DNA of 62,019 bases, filler included, from Thelocarpon superellum (taxonomy: Eukaryota): assembly GCA_026025795.1 (NCBI GenBank). It is 8 parts of 8 records of this genome, joined end to end, with 100 filler letters (N's around TTAATTAATTAA, not from the genome) between each part and the next. Parts side by side here need not be neighbours in the genome. Positions count along the whole stretch, not along the records: positions 31,136 to 38,794 come from JAPEUG010000626.1; positions 38,895 to 46,547 come from JAPEUG010000627.1; positions 46,648 to 54,299 come from JAPEUG010000628.1; 5 more parts are not named here. One strand, written 5' to 3'. Below are positions 36,184 to 46,732 of the stretch, piece by piece. Under the pieces are notes generated by a model. That model was not told the DNA's origin. It made no database searches and saw only the letters and a program-made list of their open reading frames with translations. Made by a program: the position numbers and the translations under genes. The number at the start of each line of letters is the position of its first letter. The first letter of the stretch is position 1.

Positions 36184-37428
36184 GGCCCTCCCCCGATGGT
36201 GGCTCAACACCCGCGTTCACGGGGTGGTGGTCCTCTTACGAGGGCATGGGTGAGGCATACCGGCCTCGGATATCGCTGCGTCGAGTTGTCGTCCTCGCTC
36301 TCGCAAGCCACAGTTCGCGTCGCAGCAACCTTTTCGTTTTGGCCTGATGGTGTGCAGAGTGCAGTGCGCAGTGCAGTTCAGTTTCCATGACCAAGCGAGT
36401 CCAACGTTTCGTCATCTCGCTGCGACCGAGCATGGGAGGGAGTACGGCGCGACATTCACCTCACTTGATCCAAACACGTCGTCTACCAGCACAGGTACTC
36501 GTACAAGCAGGTCTCCACGACGGATCCGTACAAGAATCTTACTGTCCTTGTGCTCTTGAATATTATCAGATTGTCCTCTGGGCCTCCAGCCATTCTAATT
36601 CATTGGCTTTGGAAGGATCGCGAGGTGTCGGGCCACGTCATGTGTGGGAGCCTTCTTCTCGGTGATTGGCTCGGCATCTGATTCTGTTACCACCGGCCCA
36701 GCGCAGGCATGCCTCCATCACGGTGCCATCACTCCCACGTTCTTCGTACTTACCTGGACGTGCCATGGGTCTGCCTCCTCCACGATCCCCCTCACTGCAA
36801 GTTGTATTCCACGCGATGTTGAGCATACGAAGGGGCCCTCGCAGCGCTTCAGCAATGAATAAGTGGCAGAGTCTGTTCCTTTGAGCTCCTGGCGTTGGCT
36901 CGAAGACGTCCCATACTCATGACTGGAGGCATTCAGCGATGCAACCATGAACCAGCGGCGGGCACCAGACGAGACGACGAATACTCGGTTGCGTCCTCGT
37001 AATGCAGCTGGGTGGGAGGGAAGGCGATCGAGCTCGGTTCGCCTCGGTCAATTGCCGTCTGGCGCCCGGCGGGTCAGGACAGGGCGATGGTAGTTCGGCG
37101 GCGCTCGCACCGGCCATCGCTTAGCGTGCCTAGCCGGGGGCGCCGCACCGAACGCTTTTGGGCGACGCGACCTGGGGGGAGCGCCCGGCTGCTCCCAGCC
37201 GCCCACACCAGCCCCCTCCAGATTCAAAATAAACAAGGGCAGGCACATCGCCATCACCACCCACCCCCCTCCCCCGTGCCGCGCTGGAGCCGCCTGTACT
37301 TCCCTCCCCTCCCCATTCCGTTGATCATCCGTCCTGCTTGTTGTCTGAAGGATATACCACCGTGTCGCGCATCTGCTACCCATCGAGTCGCCCCCTTGAC
37401 GCGACGGTCATCACATTCCGCCAACATC

Positions 37429-38579
37429 ATGTCCACCGTCTCCTCGTGGTTGCGCGGGCAGCGCAAGACTGAGCTGGTCGAGTTGGCGAATGACGCGGGC
37501 CTGAAAGAGTGAGTGATGGTCGCGCGCCCCAACGCCGCGATCGCCCGCGCTGACCGCATCGCGCGCCCCCAGCTTCGACAGTCTCAAGAAGAGTGAGCTC
37601 GAGGCCAAGCTCGACGAATACCTGCGCGCGCACGAGTCGACGCTGTCCAAGCAAACGCGCTTTACACCCTTCTACAGCCGCGTTGGCTCATCCGGCTCGC
37701 CGGTCAAACGAGAAAGCGCAGGACCGACGACATCGGGGCCGACGTCGGACGGCGAGTCGAAGCCGGTCAAGGCGGTCCGCCGACGAGTCACCAAGGTGGC
37801 CGATGAGATCAGCAACACGTGAGTCGCGTCGGAATGTCGGGTGGGCGGCGCAAGGCGCAGGGCGCATCGCTAATCGTGCGGCGCGCAGGCTGGCCACGGC
37901 AACCAGGACACCTCGCTCGAGTCTCTCCGTGGCGCGATCCGTGCCGCTGCCGCCGTCGCCGGCCGTGGTGGCCGACGCGATCGACCGGCGCACCGCGGTG
38001 CTGCGCAACAAGGTGGGCAACGCATGGGACCAGTCGGGTGTGACGGAGCAGGCCGAGTGGCTGCGCAGCACCCTGAGCTCGGTGGCGAGCATCGAGAACC
38101 TCGTCCTCGCCGTGGAGGCATACGGGCTCCGCGAGGAGGTGCTGCCGTCGCGCTACGCCTTCACTATCCCCGCCATCGCGCTGCTCCGCACGCCGGCCTG
38201 GCCCGTCTTCCTGCCCGACCTCTTCCTGCTCCTGACCTCGTCGCTGTGGTCACCCGTCACCCTGTGGCTCGCGACCAGCCTGACGCTCCCGCTCGCCGCC
38301 GCCTTCTTCATCAACCTCACGCTGAAGCACAAGCCTAGCGGGCTATCGACGCGCGCCCACGCCAAGACGGCGCAGACCTTCGACCCGTTGACTTTCAACG
38401 TGGTCAAGGCGCTCGTCGCCTTTGTCGTCTACTCGCAAGACGTCAAGTTTGGCGGCTGGCTCAGCGACGACAGCGTCGACCGCGTCCGCGGGGCGGTGCC
38501 TGGCGGCGCCGAGGGCATCATCATCGGCGCCGCCATTGGCGTCCTGACCAGTCTCTACGATGCCGTGTTGAAGAAGTGA
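37429..38579 (+). CDS. Conserved fungal membrane protein of unknown function
   Basis: MSTVSSWLRGQRKTELVELA|FDSLKKSELEAKLDEYL, PPSPAVVADAID, PDLFLLL..WSP, DPLTFNVVKAL, GVLTSLYDAVLKK. Two GTGAGT introns preserve frame. Confidence 0.8.
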
Positions 38580-38794
38580 ATCACACCGCGCGGTGGCAGG
38601 GGCGACGACGGATCAACGGTGGGGGGCCAGCGGGAGCCGGCGGTGCCCCGCGGACCTCATCTTCTTCTGGGGCTGGGCGGGCACGATTGGGGGGCCTTTC
38701 CACATGTACAGGCCTTTTCTGCAAGGTGTCGATGATGGCGTTTTGGCGTCCCCTGAGATACCTTGCTTGATTCTCCTTGACTGAAGTGAGTGAG

Positions 38795-38894
38795 NNNNNN
38801 NNNNNNNNNNNNNNNNNNNNNNNNNNNNNNNNNNNNNNTTAATTAATTAANNNNNNNNNNNNNNNNNNNNNNNNNNNNNNNNNNNNNNNNNNNN
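38795..38894. other. Artificial contig spacer
   Basis: N44-TTAATTAATTAA-N44. Confidence 0.99.
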
Positions 38895-39224
38895 TCAAGC
38901 GCCTCAAGGGTGGACTTGGCTTCGTACTGTTGTGAGTGGTTGGTGAACAGTGGGACGGTAGATGGGGCTGAGATTGACGGTGGAGGGATTGGCTCTGTGA
39001 CGTGAGGGTCAGACAGAAGATCAGAGACGTGGAGCAGAGAATCAACCGAGCCCACACCTGGGGCCACGAGCCAAGGGTAGCGTACCCGGACCAAAAGGTA
39101 TGATGGAGGATAATGGGGAGAATTGTAAAGCCTCTTCCACTGTCAGCGGTCGGATTGGGCGGCGTGGGACGGCCTGGTAAGGATGGAGATGCTGCCCCAG
39201 ATCGGGCGGGTAGGACTGGTCCAT
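38895..39224 (-). CDS. SCC2: 5' fragment of cohesin loader Scc2/Mis4 (rest beyond contig end)
   Basis: MDQSY..RPLTVEEALQFSPLSSIIPFGP|EPIPPP resembles the Pezizomycotina Scc2 N-terminal motif. Intron 39085-38995. Confidence 0.6.
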
Positions 39225-40138
39225 GTTGTCGCAGTAAAGAGCTCCGGTGAAGAAAGAGAAGCGTCAATGTCTTCACTATCCTTTCCGCCGTCACCACACA
39301 GCTCTATCGCGAGGGTATTGCACGAATGCTCTTCGGCGTCTTCCGCGATCGAAGGTGGGAAGTTCGGGCATCGGGGGCGGCAATCATGCTCCGGGCGTAG
39401 AGCCGGGCTAGATGATCCTCACACGATAATCCTCACACGAAAGGTGTTGAGAGGAAATCAGATGGACTGCTTGCTTCACCAAGCATCGCCCAAGGCTAGG
39501 CTACGTCGAACTGGGCGTCTTATGTTCGGAGGATGACCGCCTGGCAAACAGCCGGATGCCTACTGTACACTTAACCCTCATGCACGGCCCTGACTTTGGA
39601 CTTCTGTCCTCGCTTCTTCCCGCTTCATGTTCCGCACTAAGCTCCTGACGACACGCTCAACAACTGGTGGACACTGGTCTGCGCACTCCCAAAGGCATGG
39701 ACGGGCCATCCTCATCACCAGCACACGAGCACAGGTCAGGGGGGCTTTTCTGTTTTGCTGTGTGGGTTACCTAGAGTACTCTCCCTTCTTTCAGGAAAGG
39801 TATTCAACGTAGTGGGGGTGGCTTCTACGAACAAGAAGTGTCCACTTATTCGATGGTAGAGTTGTGCGGTAGACCAATACTTGTGGTATTGTCCGTCGGT
39901 TAAGGTCTCGTCCAGTCTCATCCACTCTTTACCTGACCCATCGGAGTGTCTGGTGGCGCAACTGCATCGGTTTTCGGTCGCACCAGGATCGGCAGCCCTA
40001 CGGCGGAGCGAAGGACGGTGATTCGACCCTATCCTCTCGATTTGAGGGAACACGATCTACCCTCCGAAAATTTCAGTTACGATCCAGCAAAGAGCGACGC
40101 ACATTGCACGGCCTGCCCAGCGAACGCTCCGTCTCATC

Positions 40139-40623
40139 ATGACTGCCATCGGCTCTCTTGTCTTTTGCAATGCTTGCGGAACTCTCCTCGACCGCTCGTC
40201 GGGGAGAGGAGGCTCGATCTTGACGTGTCGCCTCTGCGGCGCCAAGTGCAAAGGTTAGACGTTGGGCTGGACTTGGCCCTCTGGCTCCCCTTGGCTGAAG
40301 CATAGGACCTGCAGACAATTCGTCTCACACCGTCATCACCAAATCCAAACCCTCGGCCTTTCCCTCCACCCTCCGCTCTAAGCTGTCGAAGGTGCAGACG
40401 CTGACATCGGACGATATCCAAACGGAATCGATAATTCGACAAACCTGTGAGGTGTGTGGGAGGACCGAAATGCGGTGGTCTGCTGTACAGCTGCGCGGAG
40501 CGGACGAGGGCAGCACTTGCTTTTACAGCTGTGATTGCGGACACAAGTACGTCCTGCATACGCCCATATTACCGCACTGGAAATTGACGACATGCCATGT
40601 CTAGATTCACCGTCAATAGTTGA
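40139..40623 (+). CDS. RPA12: RNA polymerase I subunit Rpa12
   Basis: MTAIGSLVFCNACGTLL..CRLCG|..FPSTLRSK..CEVCG..QLRGADEGST.FYSCDCGHK|FTVNS*. Two zinc ribbons, two introns. Confidence 0.93.
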
Positions 40624-40641
40624 GGTGAGAAGCTCGAATGC

Positions 40642-41719
40642 TTACGCCGCCATCGCCACGGCGCTTGCCCTCGACGGATCATCCTCACCCTCCGGCAGCA
40701 ACGCGTATTCGTGCTCGCCATTCTTTTCAAATTCCGCCATGTCCAAGGCTACGACGACGCTCTCGCGTACCACTGTCTCCTGGTCGTGCAGGAACTGTCG
40801 AAGCATATCGTCCACTCCAGGCTCATCACCCAGGCTGCCTAGAGCCTCGGCTGCCTCGTGTCGCACCATGCCCACTTCCTCCGTATTGCTCAGCGTCTGG
40901 TATAAGCTCGGAATGGATGCTGGATGCGACAGCTGACCGAAGACGAAAGCCACCTCGTGTCGGAAGAGCGCGGACGGATCGTGGAGCCCTTTGGCCAAGG
41001 CATGCACGGCCGGCACTGCCGTTGGTAAGTCAGGTGGGGAGCTGAGATCACGCAGGCTGAACATGGCGCGGTATCGCTGGAAGAGGGGCAATTCGGTGGA
41101 GAGGAGCGTCCTTTCGAGGTCCGGAATAGATGGGGTTTCGGCCGTCCGTGGTAGTGAGGGGGCAGGATCAATAGATGTGAAGTCGCTATATTGCCAAGCA
41201 ATGTCAACTGGGTCCACTCGTTGGTCGAGCCATGGTCCACGCCTACCTCGGCCGTAATCGCTCATCCTTGCTTTGCTGGGAGACTAGCCATTCGAGTCGA
41301 TCGACAGCAATCTCGCACGTCTCCCTGACGACCGTATCCTCATGCGGATCGTCACGACACTTCCGCAGGAGAGCTAGGCTATCCGTGTCGCCCAAGGCGC
41401 CGAGCGCCTCAGCGGCCTCATGACGGCATATGGCCTCCTCATGGACGTCTTCCAGCCGCCCTCGTAAGAACGGGGCAGCAGCTAAATTGTTCGTCTGGCC
41501 GAGACAGTATGCCAGCTCGTGCTTGAGGAGAGACGACGGCGTGCTGAACGTCGCTGCAATGCTGCGGATGGCAGGGAGCGTTTGTGATGTGGGCGGCTGG
41601 AGAGAGCCCAAATGTTTCAGGGCGAAGAGTGCACGGAAGCGGCGTGCCAGTGGAACGATCTCGGAGATGAGCGTCGTACGCAAAAATTCAACCTCTGCCT
41701 CCATTCTCCTGTCATCCAT
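40642..41719 (-). CDS. LIA1: Deoxyhypusine hydroxylase
   Basis: RFRALFALK, four HE motifs (LLKHELAYCLGQ, RHEAAEALGA, FRHEVAFVFGQ, VRHEAAEALGS), S|DFTSIDPAP. Intron 41246-41186. Confidence 0.96.
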
Positions 41720-41966
41720 CAGTGTCGAGGTCGGCGAGCGACAGGAGCATGGTCGGTTATTGGTGCATTTGGGGATGATCCTCCAAGAACTTTTCGGTAG
41801 GTTGGACTTGAGTCATCAACACCGCCGGCCTTTTAGCGCGGGGAGCCCTTGTGAACGTACCTCCTACATGGTGGGGTGCCGCTCTCAGGTCTATTAATTT
41901 TCCTTCTCTTGACTCGCGCCCTTCCTCGCCACATCATCGTATCGCGAGATCGCCCAGCACCAAACC

Positions 41967-42504
41967 ATGGGTTCCGTCGTCCTGCCCCATCTGGACTGTG
42001 GATGGAAAGTCGATCAAGCCATCTTGTCGGAGGAGGAGCGTTTGGTTGTGATCCGCTTCGGCAAGGACGGGGAACCACTCTGCATGAGACAAGATGAAGT
42101 GCTCTACCGTAAGTAAGCCAAGCAAGACGGCCACGACCAGATCGTTGACGGCGGTATCGCAGGAATCGCCGACCGGGTAAAGAATTTTGCAGTCATCTAC
42201 GTGTGCGACAATGAGCAAGTGCCAGATTTCAACCACATGTACGAACTCTACGACAAGGTCACCCTGATGTTCTTCTTCCGCAACAAGCACATGATGTGTG
42301 ACTTTGGCACGGGAAATAACAACAAGCTCAACTGGTTGTTGGAGGACAAGCAGGAGCTGATCGACATCCTCGAAACCATCTACCGCGGCGCCAAGAAAGG
42401 ACGAGGTTTGGTCGTCAGTCCGAAAGGTTGGTCCGACACTTCCATCCATGGTCAATTTGATGCTGACCATTGACGTAGACTACTCCACTCGATACCGCTA
42501 TTAG
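41967..42504 (+). CDS. DIB1: U5 snRNP thioredoxin-like protein Dim1/Dib1 (TXNL4A)
   Basis: MGSVVLPHL..W.VDQAILSEEERLVVIRFG..MFFFRNKHMMCDFGTGNNNK..YRGAKKGRGLVVSPK|DYSTRYRY*. Confidence 0.97.
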
Positions 42505-42795
42505 AACAGAGTCCTAGAGAAGAGTGGTCAAATCGAAATTGGGGCGTGGAGTTGAATTATGTGCATTGCCCATGGAGTTTGTGATGTTAGCACGACCATA
42601 TGTGGCGGTTCATGGACCTTTAACAATATGTATATCAACACCTTCAGTCTACGTAAGGTGTTGTTCATTCCCCTGGAAGGTTGCCATCACGTACAGACGA
42701 GGAATTGATAAGCAGTGAGAAAACAGGTGAAGTGGTTGGTAAGAGGTTGACAACGGGGATTATTCAGTGTAATAAGGCGTTCCTGGATCGACAAC

Positions 42796-42930
42796 GGTTG
42801 TGTAGTGTAGTGGATATCGTACGTGCCAACAATTAAATTGCTGATGTAAACGATGCTAATACTCTCACAGACATTGGATTCTGATCAATCACAAATTCCA
42901 ATAACCCCGGTTCGATCCCGGGCACGACCT
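42796..42930 (+). tRNA. tRNA-Gln(CUG) with two introns: a 52-nt spliceosomal-type intron at 23/24 (42819-42870) and an 11-nt canonical intron at 37/38 (42885-42895)
   Basis: Joined exons give 72 nt: GGTTGTG TA GTGT AGTGGATA TCAC A TTGGA TTCTGAT TCCAA TAAC CCCGG TTCGATC CCGGG CACGACC T. All four stems pair; A box TAGTGTAGTGG and B box GGTTCGATCCC are intact. Confidence 0.92.
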
Positions 42931-42933
42931 AAG

Positions 42934-42938
42934 TTTTT
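42934..42938 (+). terminator. RNA polymerase III terminator (T5)
   Basis: TTTTT three nt after the tRNA discriminator base. Confidence 0.8.
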
Positions 42939-43010
42939 GCAATTTCCACGTCGAATCACGGTCCAACATGGTTGAAATGTTGCATTCGTAATTGCTTGGC
43001 CGTCGCGACG

Positions 43011-46000
43011 ATGCAGCCGGAGGTGGAAGAGATTCAATCGGGTGGCCAACTACAAAAATTACTGAAATTTCGACAAGATACCTCTTTTCTCAAATCAGGT
43101 GTGTGGGGCCAACGGATGTTCACATAAAGAGACCGCCCTCTGATTCTCGGCTGTAGCCTACGGTCAGTTCAAACTTTTTCTGGACCCGTTGGAGCAGAAG
43201 ACGCTCCTGGGGAGGGAGTCATTGGAGCGGCAGCGAATTCTGAAAGAATACCTGGATCTCGAGGACGAACGGAGTGGAGAAGATGATGGCCGGTATCTGG
43301 CGTCGATCATGCAAGCATGGGCGCAGGCGTCTCAAAACAACAACGATACGCTCTTCTCGACCATCGCCGAAGTACTGACGTCGTTCCTGCGCATCATCTC
43401 CACCAAGATCGACTTCCGGGATCACGGTATCCGAGCGTGTCGTGCGCTACTCCAGCCCGCTCAGCTGAAGCTCTTAGCCAGAGGCACCTCAACCAGTCGT
43501 TCCAAGGAACGTGTACTGGGCTCCACCCTCGCCTTGCTGACCGAGGTGGTGAGCTTTGACGGAGGTAGCCTAGCAAGGCGTGTTTACGATGTCCGAGAAT
43601 TTACCTGTCAAGGTCTGGGACGAAATCTTGCCCTGCGCGGTGACGCGTCAGGCGCATCGAAGGATAAGAGACAGAAAAGCTCAGTCCGCCACAACGCGTT
43701 GCGATATCTCTTCGCCCACTTCCGCTTCCAGACGAGTGCCAATAAGAGCGATCTCTTAGGTCACCGCGACGTCATCGCTGGCATCTTCCGCGATCTTGGG
43801 GAAGATACGCCGGAGCTTATTCATGATGTCTTGACCGGCATCCTCGAGCACATCATCCGCGATGAGAAGTTGCCTTCCTTCTCCAAACGTCGCGTTTTGA
43901 CCGACTGGAGTCTGGGACGCGTATCCAGTCTCTACCGGTACAAATCACTGACGGTGAAGGAGCGGCCTCTCGAGAAAGCCGTTGACGTAGAAGCTCACGA
44001 GTTTCTCCTGTTGGTCTGCACCACACCGGGACTTGGGGTGCTCTATCCACGATCCGGTTGGTATCCGCCCGGTACTGACGGCGATCTGGGAGATGACCAA
44101 GAAGACTCGGATGATGCCGACGCCATTGACCTGGGCCCAGACGTTGGTCCGAGATCCCAAGGATTCGGCGGAGAACTACCGTTGCGCAATTCCACTTTGT
44201 CAAAGTTCATCCAGACGCTTCGTCCGCAGACGTCGACGATGCAGAGCGAATTGATTCTGGCCATCTTTCGCGCGGCGCCGGAGCTGACGGCCGACTACTT
44301 CGCTAAGAAACAGCATGTCGCTCTCGACCCGAAGCTGACGACGGCATGGATTGGGTACTTGGCCTTCATCCTCTCCACCGTGCAACTCCCTATGCCCACG
44401 TTCTGCGGTCCGCGCGACGGATATGCCGCCTCGCCGCCACCGATTTCGGTGGCGAGCGAGAACATCTTGCCCACTGTACTGAGCCGCAAAGTCTTGACTC
44501 GGTGTTTGACGCAGAAAGTGCCGCTGGTAACCTTTCTTGCCCTTCGTTTACTCATCGTCGCCTTTGAAAAGCTCCAACAAGTGCTGGATGCATTCCGATC
44601 CGCGTCTAGCCAAGGGCTTCGTCGATGGGAGGAAGGAGAGATCAGGCTCATCGAGGAGTTTTGTCGTCGTTGTCCCAAGATGAGCCATGTGATCACGGTC
44701 TTCCGAACGGTTTCGGAGGAGAAGTCAATGCAGCGCGAGGCGGCGACTCGCCTACTAGAGAAGTATTACGCGGTGATTCCGCAGGTCGCTCTGGACGAGA
44801 AGTTCGACGTCTCCAGTCCCTTGACCGCAAGCCTTCGGCGGGTGGCGGACCTGGGAACTCCGCTCGTCAATCAAGAGATGCGCCCCCTCGAGCTCGAGCG
44901 TCTCTTGCATATCGCCCGATATTCACCCGATATGCGGTGGTTCAACAAATCCGGTTCGTCCCCCTGTGATGCTTTTCTCCGGACGTGCCACTAAAAGTTG
45001 CAGAGGGTGTTCCTCTTTCGCCTTTCACGACGCTCGTGTCGCTCGCCGTTGGGTCGTCGCGTAGCCTCCCCATGACCTCGGTGCGGCAGGTGCTCGCTTT
45101 TGTCTCCCACGATCGACAATTGTTCCAAGAACAGACTGCCGTTCCGGCTCTGAATGCTCTCACTGCAAGTCTGCCGTCGGACTCGTTGAGCCCTTGCTCG
45201 CTCGCGACCTTTGTATTTCTAGACGCCTGCGTGGGTCGCTATGTGCGCAAAGCCGTCTATTACCAGGGCGGGTTGGAGCGGCTGGTGATGGAAGGTCACG
45301 ACGGCCCAGGTGGGGAAGGAGAAGCGGCGGCAAGTCCAATCTTGGTGACACTCTGCGAGCAGTGGCCGTTTATCGTCAAGGAGCCATCCGTGGACGCCGA
45401 TTCCAAAGATACTATTGCCCAGTGGCTCGCGCGGCTTTTGCAGTTCCTGCACCAGATCGGAGAAGATCGCGCGACTCTCCTCCGGATCCGGGACATGATG
45501 AACGATGAGAGCGGAAGCGATAATCAGCGGATGGAGTTTACACGGGTATTTGCACGGAACCAACACGCTGGCTTCATCCTGGTCGATGATCCGGTCATTG
45601 TTGCTACTGGCAGCACTGAAGCAGCTGCAACAACGGAGATGCAAGATCGAGACGACGCCAGCGAAGACGAAGAGCTCATGAACGTGGAGGTGAGCAGTGA
45701 AGATCCGGCAGCCTTGTTCCGATGGGTCAAAAAGGACGTACAAGCGGTGCTCGAGGATGGCGATGCGGCTGGGCTCATCCGCTGCCTGTGCTCTGAGGAG
45801 ATCGGCATACGGCGACAGGGTCTCAGCGGACTTGCGCGGATGGTCGTGCGGATGCAGGAATCAGGGTATGCGGAGAAGGAGATGGTGGTGCTTCTGCTCC
45901 AGGAGCTCCTGCACACGGCCAAGGGCTTGGCCGACGACGGGGTGCTGCCCACGTACCTGGTCGAGTTCGCGGCGCGTGCAATTCTGGTGCAGACAGACCC

Positions 46001-46536
46001 GTCGCATTTCTTGTACGGCAAGGTCAACCAGTTCCTGCACCGCGGTCCCACGTGGGATGCGGACCGGGTGCCCTTGCTCCGCCAGATCCTGCTCCAGCCG
46101 CCAGAGGCCGATGACGCTTTCTTCGACGAGGTCGTATGGCTGCTGGACATGGTTATCCTCGGCCTGCGCACGCCGCAGGTACGTGCCAGTCGTCAGCGAG
46201 AGACTGCAGCTGACCCGATGGATCTAGGATCTGGATGCTTATCGACGAGGGAACGTCTTTGAACGATTCTTGTCTCTGTACAATGCCCCGCATCTTCCGA
46301 CGACCCTCCGACGACAGATCCTCCAGCTCCTGCTGCGTGCCTCGAGCATCGAGGGCGGCAGTACGACGCTTATCACGCGCGTCGGCGTGTTGAGTTGGCT
46401 ACGTGGGCACCGAGGCCGAGACGAAACGGCTACCGAGCGGCAGTTGCAGCATTTGGCCCGGCGCATCTGGGACACGTGCGACCAGGGACGGGTGCAGACA
46501 TGGAGTGGCGGAAGCATCATGGGCGTTGTCGTGTGA
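43011..46536 (+). CDS. URB1: Nucleolar pre-ribosomal-associated protein Urb1/Npa1
   Basis: MQPEVEEIQS..LQKLL.FRQD|..FKLFL, LLTEVVSFDGG, IFRAAPELTADYF, DPKLTTAWIGY, ENILP..LTRCL, HFLYGKVNQFLHRGPTW, GGSTTLITRVGVLSW. Introns 43099-43156, 44953-45003, 46179-46227. Confidence 0.9.
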
Positions 46537-46547
46537 AAGTACGCACA

Positions 46548-46647
46548 NNNNNNNNNNNNNNNNNNNNNNNNNNNNNNNNNNNNNNNNNNNNTTAATTAAT
46601 TAANNNNNNNNNNNNNNNNNNNNNNNNNNNNNNNNNNNNNNNNNNNN
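46548..46647. other. Artificial contig spacer
   Basis: N44-TTAATTAATTAA-N44. Confidence 0.99.
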
Positions 46648-46732
46648 GTACGGACTCAACAGAATTTGGACGGCATGGTCTTCTCAGAATGGGAAGTGAT
46701 TGAAGCTAGCAAATCTCTGGATAACAATGAGA

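Noticed and set aside
36747..36760. TACTTACCTGG resembling the U1 snRNA 5' end
   Set aside because: No U1-70K loop, ATTGCAC loop or Sm site follows; it is simply the reverse complement of a CAG|GTAAGT donor-like sequence.
39570..39580. TTAACCCTCA as a telomerase RNA template or telomere seed
   Set aside because: Single imperfect match with no supporting structure or tandem repeats.
25725..42504. Stop-codon readthrough (TGA-CTA) giving cryptic peroxisomal isoforms
   Set aside because: Checked the stops of URA5, MET13, GLN4, RPA12, LIA1 and DIB1; none has the TGA CTA context.
31163..42930. Apparent clustering of GlnRS (GLN4) and tRNA-Gln
   Set aside because: They are on different contigs separated by an artificial spacer; the order reflects length sorting.
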